DNA of 64,000 nucleotides from Myxococcota bacterium (lineage in GTDB: Bacteria > Myxococcota > SpSt-1050). The notes under the pieces were generated by a model. The model ran no database searches and was not told the origin of the DNA. It was given only the letters and a program-made list of their open reading frames with translations. The stretch is taken from assembly GCA_049969675.1 (NCBI GenBank), contig JBMFOP010000002.1:758-64757 (forward strand), given 5' to 3'. Numbering within the stretch: position 1 is the first letter of the stretch; the number at the start of each line of letters is the position of its first letter. The translations under genes were made by a program, and so were the position numbers. Shown here piece by piece: positions 17,803 to 26,100 of the stretch.

Positions 17803-20800
17803 TTGTTTAAGCTATATCATTTTGGAGGTATTATGCCGATAGTAGAAGTAAATCCTAAAAACGCTAAATTAAAGGCTGGTGAATCAATTATATTTTCAGT
17901 AAAGTTTTTTGACAATGGAGGCAACCACATTGGTCCGGAGAAGCCTCAGGATATCAATCTAATCATTAAAAAGGGTAATGGGCATCTGGGAAGTCCAGTC
18001 ATCTCAAACAAAACCGCTATTTTTTCATATTCCCCCATTACGGAGAAGTCTATAATAGAAATTACAGGCAACGGGATAATAGATCCACCACAGATAGAGG
18101 TTGAACTTGATAAAGAACTCAGGGTGATGCCAAACTCTATTTATGAAAATTCAACAAATGCCTTCTTATCTGATTCCATAATAGAGGTTGAATACCAGAA
18201 AGAGGAGTTTGAGAATCCTGTAAGTAGAAAGGAGGTTGAGGGTCCGTGGTACTATAAGGCTGACATTGAGGGGAGGTTGATGAAGAATGAGGAGGAGGTC
18301 GCCAAAATCACCTTTGCAGATACTGAATGGAGGAATTGTAAGGTACCAATAAACTATTCACTGGAAGACCCCGCACTTGCAGATTTCTATGGATGGGTAT
18401 TCTTTAGAAAGAGGATAAAGATTGACCCAGAATTTTTAAGAAAGCATCAAAAATTTCTTTTAAGATTCAATGGCGTGGATTATTTTGCGAGGGTCTGGTT
18501 CAACGAGAGATTTTTAGGTAGCCACGAAGGTTACTTCAATCCATTTCAATTTGATATAACCGATTTGATAAAAGAAGGCGAAAACATAATAATGCTGGAG
18601 GTGAAGAATCCATACGACAATGGAATAAAGAGCGCATCAGAAGAGAATGCCACAAATCTGGCAGAGAAAATATGGATCAAAGGGATACTTAACTACCACG
18701 ATACAAGGCCCGGCTCAATTATGCTTGATGATGCATCTGCTCAGACAGTCGGCACAGGTGGAATTACTGATGTAGTAGAGATTATAGGGACAAATAATAT
18801 CAGATTTGAGAATGTCAGAATTGATACAATTGATGTTAAAGAAAATTCAGCGAAACTCAGGCTGACACTTGATATCGGAAACTACACTGGTAGAGAGCAG
18901 GATTATTTCATCACAACAGAGGTATCAGGGAAAGGATTTGAACAGAGGTTTAATTTCAGGCATAGAGTTACGCTCAAAAACGGATTCAGCAGATTTGTTA
19001 TAGAAAAAGGACTTTCCAATTTATCTCTCTGGTGGCCATACTCCCATCCCGAACTTGGAAATCCAGATCTATATGATATAAAAATATCTATAGCAGATAC
19101 ATTGATGCGGGATGTTGAGGTTTTGGTTGAGAAGCCTTCAAAGTCAAAAAAAGCCAAAAAGCAAGAGTTTGAGAAGAGGATTATTAAGACGAGGAAGTAC
19201 TACGACCTCTTTGAAACCACATTCGGATTTAGAGAGACAAAGCTCACAAAATCAGATGAAAAGGCGGAGTTTTACATCAATGGAAAGAGGCTCTTTATAA
19301 GAGGGACAAATATCATCCCGTCCATATACTTTTCTAAACTAAATATCTATACAATTCAGAAAGATATCAGCCTTCTAAAAAAGGCAAATCTGGATGCAGT
19401 AATAGTTCTGGACCATCTCCTCCCAGACCTATTTTACAGATTGATGGATGAGGCTGGGATTATGGTCTTTCAGGAATTTACATTGGTCTGGGAATATAAT
19501 ATCGCCAATTTCAAGAGAGAATGTGGAGATTTAAATCTTACCTCCAACATAGAAGTAATAAAGAGAATGGTGACAGAGGCATTGATGAAATACCAGAATC
19601 ATCCATCTATTGTATGGTGGTCAATGCACGACGAACCATTCTTTACATTTGGAAATTTTGAGGCTGGTGAGACTATAATACCAGAAAAGGTATTTGATGA
19701 ATCCGAAAAGCCACCTTTTATGATAGATAGAAGCGGGAATAAGATTCTGGACGAGGAGATAAAGAAAGTTGTAGAGAGATATAAGCCATCCATTCCGTAT
19801 CACATAAGCGGTAATGAATACACAAACTCTACAAATTATTACGGCTGGTATAACGGAACAGTTCTGGATTTGTATGAAAAGAAAATAGAGCCTATGCCAA
19901 TTGAATTCGGTTCACAGGCAGTCCAGTTCTCATCGGAGAAGAATATTTACAAAAAATATGAAGAGCTCTTCTGGCCACCAAAGAATGAAGAGGCATATAA
20001 AAGGCTCACATTCCACGACTGCCAGCTCCCACTTATGTCGGCAAGGATTGGGAAGAGCAGCAGATATGAAAAATATCTGGATTGGGCATTTGGTTCTCAA
20101 CTATATCAGGCATTTATTCTCAAATCGCACATTGAATTTTTCAGGATACACAAATACAATCCCACCGGTGTATTTTTCTACTTTATGTTTAATAACTACT
20201 GGGAGGGTATTACATGGGCAACACTCTCTGACAATAGAGAGCCAACAATTGCATATCAACAACTCTGTGAATATAATAAATCTGTTCAGCCAATTGCAAT
20301 TGTAAAGAGTGGAATCTTCAATGAGAGATTTATAAATATCCCGCTATATGTTGTAAACGATGAACATAGAGAATATATCGGACTGAAACTCTCTGTAAAA
20401 TTAAAGAAGACAAAGGATACATTCATAATCAAATCTGATCCCGAAGGATTTGATGAAGGTATAAAAACCCAATTTATGCAGTACGAACATAGAGATATAG
20501 CCCTCGCCATTCAATCTCTGGATGAAGGTAAAGAGACAATAAACACATGGGAATTTGATGTAAATCTACAATCTGATTCCATCTATAAAGTAGAAGATAT
20601 TCAAATTAATGTAGAAGATATCTCAAAACCATCGCATTTTATCTTTGAGATGGAACTCTCAAACCAAAATGGTATTATTTCAAAAAACAGATATTCAATT
20701 GTATTTGCCAGCAAAGACTATATTGAATCTCTACCGTACGGATTATCTCCAAAACCAGAATTTACTATTGAAATAAGTACTAAACTTACAAGACCTACAA

Positions 20801-20997
20801 ACATTCCAGTCAAATTTTCACTGGAGAGGTTGTACAGTCTAAAGCCCGGCTACGGGGCAATCCTGTTTGGTGAGGACAGGAAGGTGCTTAAAAATCTTGA
20901 GCCCGGACTTTATAGACTAATCTATACTCATATGAACAATGAAAGGATAAAAGAATTTATTCCCTGCTCAGATATGAAGATTGAACTAATCATATAG
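17803..20997 (+). CDS. Glycoside hydrolase family 2-like protein (beta-mannosidase/glucuronidase-like), ~1060 aa
   Basis: GH2 sugar-binding-domain pattern (FLLRFNGVDYFARVWFNERFLGSHEGYFNPFQFDITDLIKEGENIIMLEVKNP). TIM-barrel segment with putative acid/base region WWSMHDEPFF and putative nucleophile in PIEFGSQ. Long C-terminal extension. Confidence 0.6.
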   Translation: MFKLYHFGGIMPIVEVNPKNAKLKAGESIIFSVKFFDNGGNHIGPEKPQDINLIIKKGNGHLGSPVISNKTAIFSYSPITEKSIIEITGNGIIDPPQIEVELDKELRVMPNSIYENSTNAFLSDSIIEVEYQKEEFENPVSRKEVEGPWYYKADIEGRLMKNEEEVAKITFADTEWRNCKVPINYSLEDPALADFYGWVFFRKRIKIDPEFLRKHQKFLLRFNGVDYFARVWFNERFLGSHEGYFNPFQFDITDLIKEGENIIMLEVKNPYDNGIKSASEENATNLAEKIWIKGILNYHDTRPGSIMLDDASAQTVGTGGITDVVEIIGTNNIRFENVRIDTIDVKENSAKLRLTLDIGNYTGREQDYFITTEVSGKGFEQRFNFRHRVTLKNGFSRFVIEKGLSNLSLWWPYSHPELGNPDLYDIKISIADTLMRDVEVLVEKPSKSKKAKKQEFEKRIIKTRKYYDLFETTFGFRETKLTKSDEKAEFYINGKRLFIRGTNIIPSIYFSKLNIYTIQKDISLLKKANLDAVIVLDHLLPDLFYRLMDEAGIMVFQEFTLVWEYNIANFKRECGDLNLTSNIEVIKRMVTEALMKYQNHPSIVWWSMHDEPFFTFGNFEAGETIIPEKVFDESEKPPFMIDRSGNKILDEEIKKVVERYKPSIPYHISGNEYTNSTNYYGWYNGTVLDLYEKKIEPMPIEFGSQAVQFSSEKNIYKKYEELFWPPKNEEAYKRLTFHDCQLPLMSARIGKSSRYEKYLDWAFGSQLYQAFILKSHIEFFRIHKYNPTGVFFYFMFNNYWEGITWATLSDNREPTIAYQQLCEYNKSVQPIAIVKSGIFNERFINIPLYVVNDEHREYIGLKLSVKLKKTKDTFIIKSDPEGFDEGIKTQFMQYEHRDIALAIQSLDEGKETINTWEFDVNLQSDSIYKVEDIQINVEDISKPSHFIFEMELSNQNGIISKNRYSIVFASKDYIESLPYGLSPKPEFTIEISTKLTRPTNIPVKFSLERLYSLKPGYGAILFGEDRKVLKNLEPGLYRLIYTHMNNERIKEFIPCSDMKIELII

Positions 20998-21123
20998 AAT
21001 TCAATTGTTTATACATACCCAAATATTGCCTCATCAATTTTGATTTATAGAGTAGACCATCAATTGGATTTCAATCAGAAGTTTTTAATACCATTCATCA
21101 AATGAAAAACTAAAACCAATTTC

Positions 21124-22431
21124 TCATTTGCAACTGGCAATTGGCATCTCAGATTCATCCAATAGTTTGATAGGATATGGGAGAATTGAACCATCTGGAA
21201 TCCTATCTATGTATTTCTTCCTGAATTCTGGTGTCTGCATACGGCACATCTGATGTCTCTTCTTATAGGCTGGATGATTTGTCATCCTTTCCCAGACAAC
21301 CTTTGTGCCTTCTTCAACTGCATTTCCAAATGATATCGGCGTAAAGTCACAGGGGGTCATCTCTCCGTATGCGGTCATATAATATTGATTGTAAGCAGCA
21401 AAACAACCCATTGATATAGGAGAATTTACATAAGCCTGTGCAGTAAGCGTTGGATATTCCGGTTTCTTAAAATAATTTAAGGTATCACGCATAATCCCCT
21501 CCTTATCCTCAGCAGTCAGAAGGATATCGGTCTTTCTCATAAATGCACCGGTGGGAACCGCATCAAATAAGACTATCTCACAGACACCAACATTCTTTCC
21601 GAGCTCCATCAGGTCATTGAGTTCACCTTTTTGATACCGTTCGTGTGTAATATATGAAGAGAAACCTACCATTATATCCAATTTTTTACAGGTCTCCACC
21701 GATTTCATTACTTTCTTATAAAGTCCAGGCCTCTTTCGGAGGTAGTCATGCTCTTCCTCATACGGCGAGTCAAGACTGATAAATATTGCATAAATACCTG
21801 CATCCTTTAATCTCTTTAGATTCTCTTCTGTATGCAATTCTCCATTGGTGAACATAATTACAGTTGCCTTATCTTTATCTACAAACTCTACAAGTTCAAA
21901 GATATCCTTCCTGATGAGAGGTTCACCCCCGGTATAAATTATATTTGTGCAACCCATCTCCACGGTATCATAGATAATCTTCTTCCACTGTTCTGTTGTA
22001 AGCCACTGCTTATCCGGATTCTTTGAGAGCTGTGCAGAGCAGTGATAACAATCAAGCTGACAGGCATATGTAAGTGCCAATGTGGCAGCCGCTGGAATCC
22101 TCTCTTTGAGATAGACCCTTCTCAATCTATATACAAGCTCTCTCTTCCCAGCCTTAGAAGGGAGCGGAGGTGCAAAGAATGAGACTGACCTTGCACCATT
22201 GTAATAACCAGCCACCTTAAATTTATTGAATCTATCTGTAGTCTTTACAACATAAGCAAAAGCCTCTTCGGGCATCTCACCGGTCTTCCTTGCCACAAGC
22301 CTACCATCCACGAGCTCAATCTCAAAATTTTCAAGCACCGATGGGTCACTCAATTCACATCTTCTCTCCATAATAAACTCCTTTCTAGTTTTAAGGTTTT
22401 TTAAATAATAAAATAATTTTTTTAAGTTCAT
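21124..22431 (-). CDS. Radical SAM enzyme with ~110-aa N-terminal extension
   Basis: CxxxCxxC cluster (CQLDCYHCSA) and GGEP motif (YTGGEPLIRKD). Several C-terminal Cys (GCFAAY, PCDF, MCRMQ) suggest a possible auxiliary cluster. Start may be the internal Met at ~22371. Confidence 0.7.
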   Translation of the reverse strand: MNLKKLFYYLKNLKTRKEFIMERRCELSDPSVLENFEIELVDGRLVARKTGEMPEEAFAYVVKTTDRFNKFKVAGYYNGARSVSFFAPPLPSKAGKRELVYRLRRVYLKERIPAAATLALTYACQLDCYHCSAQLSKNPDKQWLTTEQWKKIIYDTVEMGCTNIIYTGGEPLIRKDIFELVEFVDKDKATVIMFTNGELHTEENLKRLKDAGIYAIFISLDSPYEEEHDYLRKRPGLYKKVMKSVETCKKLDIMVGFSSYITHERYQKGELNDLMELGKNVGVCEIVLFDAVPTGAFMRKTDILLTAEDKEGIMRDTLNYFKKPEYPTLTAQAYVNSPISMGCFAAYNQYYMTAYGEMTPCDFTPISFGNAVEEGTKVVWERMTNHPAYKKRHQMCRMQTPEFRKKYIDRIPDGSILPYPIKLLDESEMPIASCK

Positions 22432-22987
22432 TATACATAACTTTAAGATTTACTGAATCCCTTCTTACCCTCCACTGCAACAATGTCCCTTCCATTACAC
22501 CTAAGAGAATGGCAGCAACCGCCTCACTATTCCCATCTATAAAGAAGCCTTCTTTAATTCCATCTCTCATAATATTATTAAGAATTTTCCTTATTGAGTC
22601 CTGAAGCTCAAAGATTATCTGATTTACTTTCTTATCTCGTACACTCTGCCCCCAATACTCTATCCAGACTGCCATAAGTCCATACAGATCGTCCTCATCT
22701 CTCAATAGATGATAATCTACAAAGGCATTTAACTTCTCAACTGGAGTCTTAAATCTGCTAATATATTTATTCAGACCTGTCACATAATTATTGCTGAGCT
22801 GTCTCATTAATTCTGAAAGCATCTCATCCTTATTCTCAAAGTAATAATGAATAATACCCCGTGCCACCCTGCTCTTCCTTGATATATCAGTAATAGAGGT
22901 CTTCAGGAATCCCTTTGATACGATACTCTTATAGAGACCGTTTAATATCTGCTCTCTTCTAAGTGGTGCTACTATTCTTCTACTCAT
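22391..22987 (-). CDS. TetR/AcrR family transcriptional regulator
   Basis: N-terminal TetR HTH (GFLKTSITDISRKSRVARGIIHYYFENKDEM). Overlaps the start of the radical SAM gene. Confidence 0.75.
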   Translation of the reverse strand: MSRRIVAPLRREQILNGLYKSIVSKGFLKTSITDISRKSRVARGIIHYYFENKDEMLSELMRQLSNNYVTGLNKYISRFKTPVEKLNAFVDYHLLRDEDDLYGLMAVWIEYWGQSVRDKKVNQIIFELQDSIRKILNNIMRDGIKEGFFIDGNSEAVAAILLGVMEGTLLQWRVRRDSVNLKVMYNELKKIILLFKKP

Positions 22988-23129
22988 TTAAGTTGGACAT
23001 CCATCCAATTATTAATTATCCATATTCGGACTTATATTGTCAAGAAAATTTTGAAGCCTGTTAAATAAATTTGTTGAAATTTTGATTTTGTTGATATATA
23101 GAAGTTATCCTTAATATACGGGAGAGGCC

Positions 23130-23657
23130 GTGGAGATAAGACTTGAAGATTTTACAACAGCAGTAATTGAAAGGATAGAGGACTTTAAGCCTCAAATCAT
23201 TGATAGCTGGCTTGCTGATTATGAAGGATATAGAAATTGTGGCGATATACGTACGAATGCCCATTTTACAAAGACCGGTACACAAATATTAATGCAGGCT
23301 GAACTTCACGGCAATATCATAGGAGTCTGTTCAAGGTGTCTTGAAGATGCTATTATACCAATTGACACTGACTTTACAATAATCTTTCTTCCCTCAAGTC
23401 AGCAGAGAAAATATACTGAGGATGAGGAAATAGAACTATTGAGCAATGAACTGGATTTTGAATATTATAAGGGGAACAAAATTGATGTGGATTATCTATT
23501 TAGAGAGAGTTTATTGCTTGCTATCCCTTATTCCCCTCTCTGCAGTGAATCCTGTAAGGGGCTATGTCAGGTCTGTGGTGGAAATCTCAATCGTAATGAA
23601 TGTACCTGTAAAAAAGGCAAATCTGTTTTTAATAATATAAAACTAAATCTGTTTTAA
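23130..23657 (+). CDS. yceD: YceD/DUF177 family protein (23S rRNA accumulation protein)
   Basis: Conserved Cys clusters (GVCSRCLEDAI ... CQVCGGNLNRNECTC). Canonical position immediately upstream of rpmF. Confidence 0.7.
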   Translation: MEIRLEDFTTAVIERIEDFKPQIIDSWLADYEGYRNCGDIRTNAHFTKTGTQILMQAELHGNIIGVCSRCLEDAIIPIDTDFTIIFLPSSQQRKYTEDEEIELLSNELDFEYYKGNKIDVDYLFRESLLLAIPYSPLCSESCKGLCQVCGGNLNRNECTCKKGKSVFNNIKLNLF

Positions 23658-23671
23658 GAAAGGAGTTAGTC

Positions 23672-23854
23672 GTGGCTGTACCAAAGAGGAGAAAATCCAG
23701 ATCAAAGAGAGATATGAGACGCTCTCAGTGGAAATTGTCCGCGGTCAATGTAATCACCTGCCCAAACTGTATGGAGCCTATGCTTCCACATCATATATGC
23801 CCGAGCTGCGGGTATTATAAGGGCAGGCAGATTATAGAAAAGGAAGAGGAGTAG
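23672..23854 (+). CDS. rpmF: 50S ribosomal protein L32
   Basis: MAVPKRRKSRSKRDMRR ... CPNC ... CPSCGYYKG, matching the L32 consensus. Confidence 0.85.
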   Translation: MAVPKRRKSRSKRDMRRSQWKLSAVNVITCPNCMEPMLPHHICPSCGYYKGRQIIEKEEE

Positions 23855-23880
23855 CTTTTATTAAGGAGGGCATAACTACT

Positions 23881-24180
23881 ATGAAGAAATTGACCCATTT
23901 TGTCTTTCTTTCCCTATTTGCAATCTCCTATTTCGGATGTTCAGATCCCTGTAGAGATGCAGCAGATAAGGTAAAGGACTGTCTTGAAAAGTTTTGTGAA
24001 AAATATGGACAAACTACAGATCAGGCTAAGATGAAGTGCTCTACTTTCTACACCATCTGTCCTAATGGAGAGAATCCGGCCTGTGGTTTTGATTTTGACA
24101 GATGCAGCAAAGATAATTCACTTGCCGACCCCGTTCTTGACGGCAGGTGCGATGAGACCACTGGAGAGGTCAAAAAGTAG
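23881..24180 (+). CDS. Small Cys-rich secreted/lipo-protein, unknown function
   Basis: Signal peptide with lipobox-like FGCS. 10 Cys in 99 aa. Lies between rpmF and acpP, where plsX/fabH/fabD/fabG usually sit. Confidence 0.4.
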   Translation: MKKLTHFVFLSLFAISYFGCSDPCRDAADKVKDCLEKFCEKYGQTTDQAKMKCSTFYTICPNGENPACGFDFDRCSKDNSLADPVLDGRCDETTGEVKK

Positions 24181-24200
24181 GAGGAAATCAACTGCATCAA

Positions 24201-24452
24201 ATGGAGGAGATGATGCTAAACATTGAAAACACATTAAAAGAGATTATTTCTGAAAAGACTGGCGCAAAGATTGATGATATCAAGATGAATACCCATTTTG
24301 TTGAAGACCTTGGTGCCGATTCTCTGGAGATTGTCAGAATCATAATGGCGATTGAGGATAAATTCCACATTGAAATCCCGGATGAGGATATGGAGAAGAT
24401 TGCAACCTTTCAGGACGCAATAAATTATATAAAGGCTAAATACAAGGGATAA
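24201..24452 (+). CDS. acpP: Acyl carrier protein
   Basis: Phosphopantetheine attachment motif (DLGADSLEIVRIIMAIEDKF). ~80 aa, acidic. Confidence 0.8.
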   Translation: MEEMMLNIENTLKEIISEKTGAKIDDIKMNTHFVEDLGADSLEIVRIIMAIEDKFHIEIPDEDMEKIATFQDAINYIKAKYKG

Positions 24453-24904
24453 TGTCAATCCAGAAAATATATATAGGTTCAGACCATGCAGGATTCTCCT
24501 ATAAAGAGAAGATAAAGGAGTATCTGACCAATAGCGGTTATACTGTGATTGACAAGGGGTGTGATAGTGAAGAGTCAGTTCATTATCCCATCTATGCCAC
24601 ATCTGTCTCAAAAGAGGTCTTAAAGGATACAGAGTCAGTCGGGATACTTATCTGCGGTAGTGGTATAGGTATGAGTATAGCCGCAAATAAATATAAGGGT
24701 ATTAGATGTGCGCTCTGCCTCAATGAATATATGGCTGAGATGAGCAGGAGACACAACAATGCCAATGTGCTATCTTTAGGCTCAAGGGTAATTGGGATTG
24801 ACCTTGCCATTGCAATAGTAAGAAGATTTCTTGGTTCTGAATTTGAAGGCGGGAGACATCAGAAGAGGCTTGACCTGATATGCGAAGCCGAGAAATCTCA
24901 ATAA
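24452..24904 (+). CDS. rpiB: Ribose-5-phosphate isomerase B (RpiB/LacAB family)
   Basis: KIYIGSDHAGF ... GILICGSGIGMSIAANKYKGIRCALC, matching the RpiB signature. Confidence 0.8.
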   Translation: MSIQKIYIGSDHAGFSYKEKIKEYLTNSGYTVIDKGCDSEESVHYPIYATSVSKEVLKDTESVGILICGSGIGMSIAANKYKGIRCALCLNEYMAEMSRRHNNANVLSLGSRVIGIDLAIAIVRRFLGSEFEGGRHQKRLDLICEAEKSQ

Positions 24905-26085
24905 TCAAAAAGATTTTGCAAGACGAAGAGAGACGGCAGAGAGATACTATCTGCCTCATTGCATCAGAAAATTACATCAGTAAAGAAGTAAAAAATGCTC
25001 TCTCCTCAGTGATTATTAATAAATATGCTGAAGGCGTTCCATTTAATAGACATTATCCGGGTTGTATGGAGGCTGATAGATTGGAATTATTCGGGGAGAG
25101 GCTTGCAAAGAGGCTATTTGGAGTTGAAGGGGCCAATCTTCAACCATACTCCGGTTCAATCGCAAATCTAATTGCATTTAGAGCATTACTAAAAAAAGGT
25201 GATCGCGTTCTGGCTATGCATCCCTTTGATGGCGGGCATTCAACACACGCCACAAAGTCAAATATAAGCGGAGAACTTTATAAGACATCCTTTTATAGGG
25301 TAGGTGGAGATGGCTTACTGGACTATGAAATCATTAGAAAGGTTGCTAAAAAGGTCAGACCAAATCTTATAATTGCTGGCTCAAGCCTTTACCCGCGCGA
25401 AATTGATTATAAAGCCTTTTATGATATTGCAAAAGAGAACGATTCATACTTCCTTGCAGATATTGCTCATCCGGCTGGTTTTATTGCCGCAGGGCTACAC
25501 AACTCCCCTGCAAAATATGCAGATATAATCACCTCCACAACACATAAGACCTTGCGGGGACCCAGAGGCGGACTCATAATGTTTAAGGAGAGTCTAAGAG
25601 GAGCCGTCTTCAGTGCCCTCTATCCCGGTGTTCAGGGAGGACCACTTCTAAATCTCGTTGCCGCAAAGGCAGTAGCATTCTCTGAGGCACTGAGTAAAGA
25701 CTTTAGAGAATATCAAAAACAGGTAATAAAAAACACATCTGTTCTTTGCGAGATGCTCAAAGAACGGGGATTCTCATTATATACTGGAGGAAGCTCAAAT
25801 CACCTTATTGTAATTGACCTGAGACCAATAAAAATGGATGCCTCAAAGATAGAGAAGGAACTGGAAAAGATAAATATCACATCCAATGCGCTTCCCGTCC
25901 CGGGCAGAGATGGTACAACTATGGACGGACTCAGGATAGGGACATCTGCGATTACTACATCAGGATATACCGATACAGAGTTGAGGGAGATTGCTGAAAT
26001 ACTGTATCATCTGATAATCAGAAGAGATATAAATGAGGCTTCTCGAATACAGAAGAGACTAATAAGAAGAATCAAGAGCCATTAG
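24880..26085 (+). CDS. glyA: Serine hydroxymethyltransferase
   Basis: LIASENY, NKYAEG and PLP-lysine region (TTHKTLRGPRGG). Confidence 0.85.
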   Translation: MRSREISIIKKILQDEERRQRDTICLIASENYISKEVKNALSSVIINKYAEGVPFNRHYPGCMEADRLELFGERLAKRLFGVEGANLQPYSGSIANLIAFRALLKKGDRVLAMHPFDGGHSTHATKSNISGELYKTSFYRVGGDGLLDYEIIRKVAKKVRPNLIIAGSSLYPREIDYKAFYDIAKENDSYFLADIAHPAGFIAAGLHNSPAKYADIITSTTHKTLRGPRGGLIMFKESLRGAVFSALYPGVQGGPLLNLVAAKAVAFSEALSKDFREYQKQVIKNTSVLCEMLKERGFSLYTGGSSNHLIVIDLRPIKMDASKIEKELEKINITSNALPVPGRDGTTMDGLRIGTSAITTSGYTDTELREIAEILYHLIIRRDINEASRIQKRLIRRIKSH

Positions 26086-26100
26086 CCAAGAGGAAAAATT

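Noticed and set aside
23061-23285. 74-aa minus-strand ORF spanning the TetR-yceD intergenic region
   Set aside because: It overlaps the divergent promoter region and the 5' end of yceD in antisense. It has no motif and is likely spurious.
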